A DNA stretch of 64,000 nt from assembly GCA_963665235.2 (NCBI GenBank), contig CAXXLX010000001.1:4300705-4364704 (forward strand), given 5' to 3'. Numbering within the stretch: position 1 is the first letter of the stretch; each line of letters starts with the position of its first letter. The DNA comes from Candidatus Poribacteria bacterium. Its GTDB lineage: Bacteria > Poribacteria > WGA-4E > WGA-3G. The position numbers and the translations under genes are program-made. Positions 59,850-64,000 of the stretch are shown piece after piece. The notes below the pieces were generated by a model, which was not told where the DNA came from, made no database searches, and was given only the letters and a program-made list of their open reading frames with translations.

Positions 59850-60665
59850 ATGCTTTCAAAAATTAATGCCTGCTTGGTGAAATTTCTGTGTGTTATCGGA
59901 GTCGTAATGCTAACGAGTTGTTATGTTGATAACACTGGGGCCCCCAGCGGTGCTGACGATATTGAACCGCCTGCTGTGCCACGTGGGCTTACAACTATCA
60001 CAGGAGATGAGAACGTTCGGATTGAATGGTACCCAAACAGTGAGTACGACTTATCTGGGTACTCGGTGTGGCGTAGTGAAGATGCCAGAAATTTTGAACT
60101 TTTAGCAGAACTATCGGCAGGAGCCACACACTATATAGATGAAGATGTACGGAATGGCGAAACTTATTACTATGCTATTTCTGCTTACGATTTCGATGGT
60201 AATCAGAGCAGCCTCAGCCCTGAAAATGTATGGGATACGCCACGACCGGAAGGGCAAAACGTTAGATTAGAGGCATACGACCTCTACCCAGGCCGAAGCG
60301 GATTTGACTTCTCACATCCCTATAAAGGGGCTATCCCTTGGGACAGTGTTGCCACTGATGTTTACTTCGGTATTGGCACTGTGAATGATGACATCACCGT
60401 TTTTTATCTCTATTCTGATAACGAAACCTTTATGCAAGATATGGGATACCACGAAACATTCACCGCGGTCGATTTGGCACCGGAAGATGGATATATAGAT
60501 GGATTTATTGAGCTTATTCGGGGCCATATCTACGTTATCAACACGCCTGATGACAACTTCGCTAAGATTCATGTGCATGAGGTTTCTGACGATGCTGTCA
60601 TTTTTGATTGGGCATACCAGACCGAATCGGAGAATGTACAATTGGCACCAGCCCTGCCCCGTTGA
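59850..60665 (+). CDS. Lipoprotein with fibronectin type III-like domain
   Basis: Lipobox LTSC; PPAVPRGL, YYYAISAYD.DGNQS. Confidence 0.75.
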   Translation: MLSKINACLVKFLCVIGVVMLTSCYVDNTGAPSGADDIEPPAVPRGLTTITGDENVRIEWYPNSEYDLSGYSVWRSEDARNFELLAELSAGATHYIDEDVRNGETYYYAISAYDFDGNQSSLSPENVWDTPRPEGQNVRLEAYDLYPGRSGFDFSHPYKGAIPWDSVATDVYFGIGTVNDDITVFYLYSDNETFMQDMGYHETFTAVDLAPEDGYIDGFIELIRGHIYVINTPDDNFAKIHVHEVSDDAVIFDWAYQTESENVQLAPALPR

Positions 60666-60750
60666 AAAAACAGAGGCCCGTTATCTGTCAAATAACCTTG
60701 TAAATTCAAGTGAGCGGTGCCCTAAAAATGTGCAACTCAAAAGAGAGCTT

Positions 60751-61353
60751 ATGAAAAATTACCGCATGCTTTTCTTAATTGTCCTACTGACCGTAGTTTA
60801 CACACCAACCGTGGTATTCTCGCTTGAGGAGCCATCGCCGCAGGGGCAGAAACCGGTGTCGCGTCAGGAGATGTCCCGCGCCGCGCCAGAAACAACGGTG
60901 TATCCACTTTTTCGGGCACACGCAGCCCGATATTATCCGGAACGGAGTCCCCGAAAAGCGGCACTTTTATCCGCAGCTATGCCCGGTTTAGGGCAAGCTT
61001 ATGCGGACAATTACACGAAAGCCACGCTTTTTCTCACAGCTGAATTGGGTGTTTTTGCACTGGCGGGATACAACATCGCACGTGCATTACACTACAGAAA
61101 CCACGACGCTTTTCAAACAGGCTTCTATGATGAACGGACAGACAGCTTCTTAGACAGTAATCAGGTTCAAGCGAGAATGAGGGATCGTAGTCTCCGGGGC
61201 GCGCTTTTTCTAATCACGGGCATTGGACTGCATGTCTGGAATATTCTGGATGCCTCACATACGGTTAAAGCCTATAACCATCGAAGAATTTCTGTCCAGA
61301 TGCAACAAACTCTGAACGGAACACATGCACTGATGTTTACACACCGGTTTTAA
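60751..61353 (+). CDS. DUF5683-like membrane protein
   Basis: SPRKAALLSAAMPGLGQAY; WNILDA. Confidence 0.7.
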   Translation: MKNYRMLFLIVLLTVVYTPTVVFSLEEPSPQGQKPVSRQEMSRAAPETTVYPLFRAHAARYYPERSPRKAALLSAAMPGLGQAYADNYTKATLFLTAELGVFALAGYNIARALHYRNHDAFQTGFYDERTDSFLDSNQVQARMRDRSLRGALFLITGIGLHVWNILDASHTVKAYNHRRISVQMQQTLNGTHALMFTHRF

Positions 61354-61397
61354 AATCGAATCAGAAACCTGAAATTAGTGAGTAATCTTCTGGAGGG

Positions 61398-62246
61398 ATG
61401 AATGTGAAATATCCCAAGTACTTAACGCTGATTCTGTTAATAGGGATGAGTCTGTTAATTTCCGAAGTTATCCGGGCAGACCTAGCCGCTAAAAACGGAT
61501 TATCCAGCAATCAGCAAGGGGAAGCGATTTCACTTGTTAATGTTGAAAACGTTGCCGAACAGCCCCTCCGAGTGGGTGAGAAGTTGACTTACAATGTCAA
61601 GGTCAGACGGATTTCAGCCGGCAAACGGGTGGACTATATCCGGAAAACGATGTTGTGGAATGGGCAGCGAGTTTACCACATCAGTTCTGATGCAAAAACC
61701 GGAGCGTGGGCGAGATGGTATCATTTTCGAAGTCATCAGTCTACCTTTCTCAACGTTGTAGGATTCCATCCACTCCGTTTTAGAAATCAGGTGCAAGATA
61801 AAAAGTATAGAGCTTTCGTTGAAATTAATTTTCGGGAAGGGCTGGCGGAATATGAGAAACGGTCGCAGAACAATCCAAAATCGCCAGAAAAACGTGATAA
61901 AAAAGACATAGAGATTCCAATTGGCACGCAAGACGAACTATCTATGGTATACTTCTTGCGCACTAAGCAGATAGCCCCCGGGAATACCTACCTCTTTCCG
62001 CTAATTATAAAAGGTGAATTGCGCAAGATGGAACTCACGGTTGAACGAGGAGAGATGTTAGAAACTAAAGCCTTAGGTAAAAACAAAATGAGAGTCAAAA
62101 CACTCTTGGTCCGAACCTCAGATGGGGGTAAGCTCTGGTTAACCGATGACGCGCGTCATCTCCCTATCAAAATTGAGGCGGAAACCAAAATTGGAAAAAC
62201 GACAGCAACGTTAGAAAAAATTGAAATCGTAAATAGCAAGGAATAA
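61398..62246 (+). CDS. DUF3108-like secreted protein
   Basis: GEKLTYNV, QDELSMVYFLR, LWLTDDARHLPIKI. Confidence 0.75.
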   Translation: MNVKYPKYLTLILLIGMSLLISEVIRADLAAKNGLSSNQQGEAISLVNVENVAEQPLRVGEKLTYNVKVRRISAGKRVDYIRKTMLWNGQRVYHISSDAKTGAWARWYHFRSHQSTFLNVVGFHPLRFRNQVQDKKYRAFVEINFREGLAEYEKRSQNNPKSPEKRDKKDIEIPIGTQDELSMVYFLRTKQIAPGNTYLFPLIIKGELRKMELTVERGEMLETKALGKNKMRVKTLLVRTSDGGKLWLTDDARHLPIKIEAETKIGKTTATLEKIEIVNSKE

Positions 62247-62249
62247 TTC

Positions 62250-64000
62250 GTGTTAGAGATTTTACGAAAACAGAAAATTATCAAAAAGTCCTCAAATGCC
62301 TTGAGAATTCAGAGAACCCGCCGTGGCTTAGAGGGTTACCTGGTGCCTCAACAAATTATTTTTTGGCAACGCTGCTATCTGATTTTCCGGATAAATCTTT
62401 TCTCATTGTGTACCCTTCACTACGTGAAGCCGAACAGGCGTTGGATGAGGTCCATGCATTCTGTGACAATTCCTCCCTAACCCTCTCGCAGGCAGGGGGA
62501 GAGAGGGCTGAACCGGACAATAACAAACCGGGGGACTTGCTGCCCGAACTGCAGCTGTTCCCAGCATGGCAAGACACCCTTTTCGATGGCATCTCGCCAG
62601 CGAAAAACACGACTGTTGCACGCCTGTGTTGCCTCCATAGTCTGCTTACCTTGAAAAATCAAGAGAAGGCAGGGACCGCTTCACCGCCTAATCAGCAGCA
62701 GATTGTGTTTACCACAGTTCGGGCCTTATACTACAAACTGCCGCTACGCGTGACCTTAACGAAAATGTGTCGAACCCTTCGCATCGGCGATGAGATTGAA
62801 CTTGATGAACTCACAGCCTTTCTCATCCGTGGTGGATACCGACAGGTTGAATTAGTTGAAGTGAAGGGAGAATTCGCCTTACGAGGCGATATCCTAGATG
62901 TCTACCCGCTCACCTCTGATATGCCTGTCCGGCTTGACTTTTTTGGCGATGAGCTTGACGACATTCCGACTCTTCGAACCGACATCGCAACGTTCTGTGG
63001 AACACGATACATCGGTCGTGCTCACGCCAATGTCCGAGGTGTGTCTTGCAGAAGCTTCGCTCACGCATTGGCAATCACAAACTAAGCGATTGATGCATGG
63101 GTCCGAAAACACGCCTGAACTCATAAATGCTGTCCGCGATATGACACAATCCTTGGAAAATTGGTTAGTGAAGGCAACGGCCGAAGCTGAGGAACATCCC
63201 ACGGAAATTGATGGCATTGAAGCCTTCCTACCGCTCCTGTTCCCAGAGACAGAGACGCTCATGGATTATCTCCCTGATGACACAATTCTGGTTCTCGTAG
63301 AACCCCGATGGCAGGCAAGGGAGGCTGAACAGATGCACGAACAGCTGCAGACAATATACTCACGGAGACTGACCGAAGGTAAATTGATGCCCGCACCTGA
63401 AACATTATTAGTCCCCGCAAACACACTGCAGACCGAATTAGGGAGGTATCCGAATGTCCGCATCTCCTTGGTTTCCGATGTAAATAATGAGCCGGTACCT
63501 GATAACCAGCAGCCGTCATCTGTTTCAGAACTCTACTTTGGCATGAAACCGCTCGGGCTCGGTCGTGGCAATTACCAAATGGTGATTGACCATATTAAAA
63601 CGTGGACAACCGAGGCGTATCTCATCAAAGTTTACTGTGAAACCCCACAACAGGCAAAGCGCGTGTTGGAGATGTTAATGGGAGCGGGACCTTTCCCCGG
63701 AAAGTGTTTCAGTTAGCGTCGGGCTTATCTCTGAAGGATTTCTCAATGAATCACTACGATTTGCTGTTATTTCAGAAAACGAGCTCTTCGGAAGCCAGCA
63801 ACGCAGGGGAAGACCGAAAAGACGTTATAACAACGGGGCACCGATTCTCAGCCTGATAGACCTGAAGGTTGGGGACTATGTTGTGCACGTTTCCAACGGT
63901 ATAGCACTATATGAAGGCATCCGTCGAATGGATATTGATGGACAGGCGCAGGACTTTCTTGTCCTCAAATATAGAGACGATGACCGGCTCTATGTGCCAA
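62250..64000 (+). CDS. mfd: Transcription-repair coupling factor, 5' part, with about three single-base frameshifts; runs off the window
   Basis: GY.QVELVEVKGEFALRGDILDVYP, RLDFFGDE, QRS, TLMDYLP, and at the end DLKVGDYVVH...GIA.YEGI...L.Y...DRLYVP (RID domain). Confidence 0.88.

Noticed and set aside
62250-64000. Programmed frameshifting or true pseudogenisation of mfd (also ThuA ~51611 and the TIM-barrel gene ~18810)
   Set aside because: Each break is a single-base indel in a short homopolymer with otherwise intact coding sequence. Long-read assembly error is the simpler explanation; read mapping is needed to confirm.

Overview
Bacterial chromosomal window, probably from Candidatus Poribacteria. 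This is an inference from two secreted proteins ending in the V.P..K...W..LK motif, plus PhyH, sulfatase, Gfo/Idh/MocA and propeller proteins. Housekeeping and metabolic genes: ilvBNC under a T-box riboswitch, sodA, metG, an AddB-like nuclease, an MntR-regulated troABCD-type metal ABC operon split by a three-gene secreted/caspase cassette, and mfd. The most striking region is 8.7-14.6 kb. A Ro60/TROVE (rsr) gene is preceded by four tandem pairs of Y-RNA-like genes, each a YrlA-like permuted tRNA mimic followed by a short Y RNA with constant stems and a variable middle. The fourth long Y RNA is split by a ~445-bp ORF-less structured element with GG junctions, which has a second copy 0.4 kb upstream. 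That element is itself interrupted by a 469-bp TnpB-less IS200/IS605 derivative retaining a promoter and an omega-RNA-like end whose termini match the TnpB element at 58.4-59.8 kb. An IceA1/NlaIII-type restriction-modification pair follows rsr. Intergenic DNA is crowded with MITEs and tandem arrays of GTAG-REP-like hairpins. Several single-base frameshifts (mfd, ThuA, TIM-barrel) look like assembly errors. All calls are by eye; no searches or folding programs were run.
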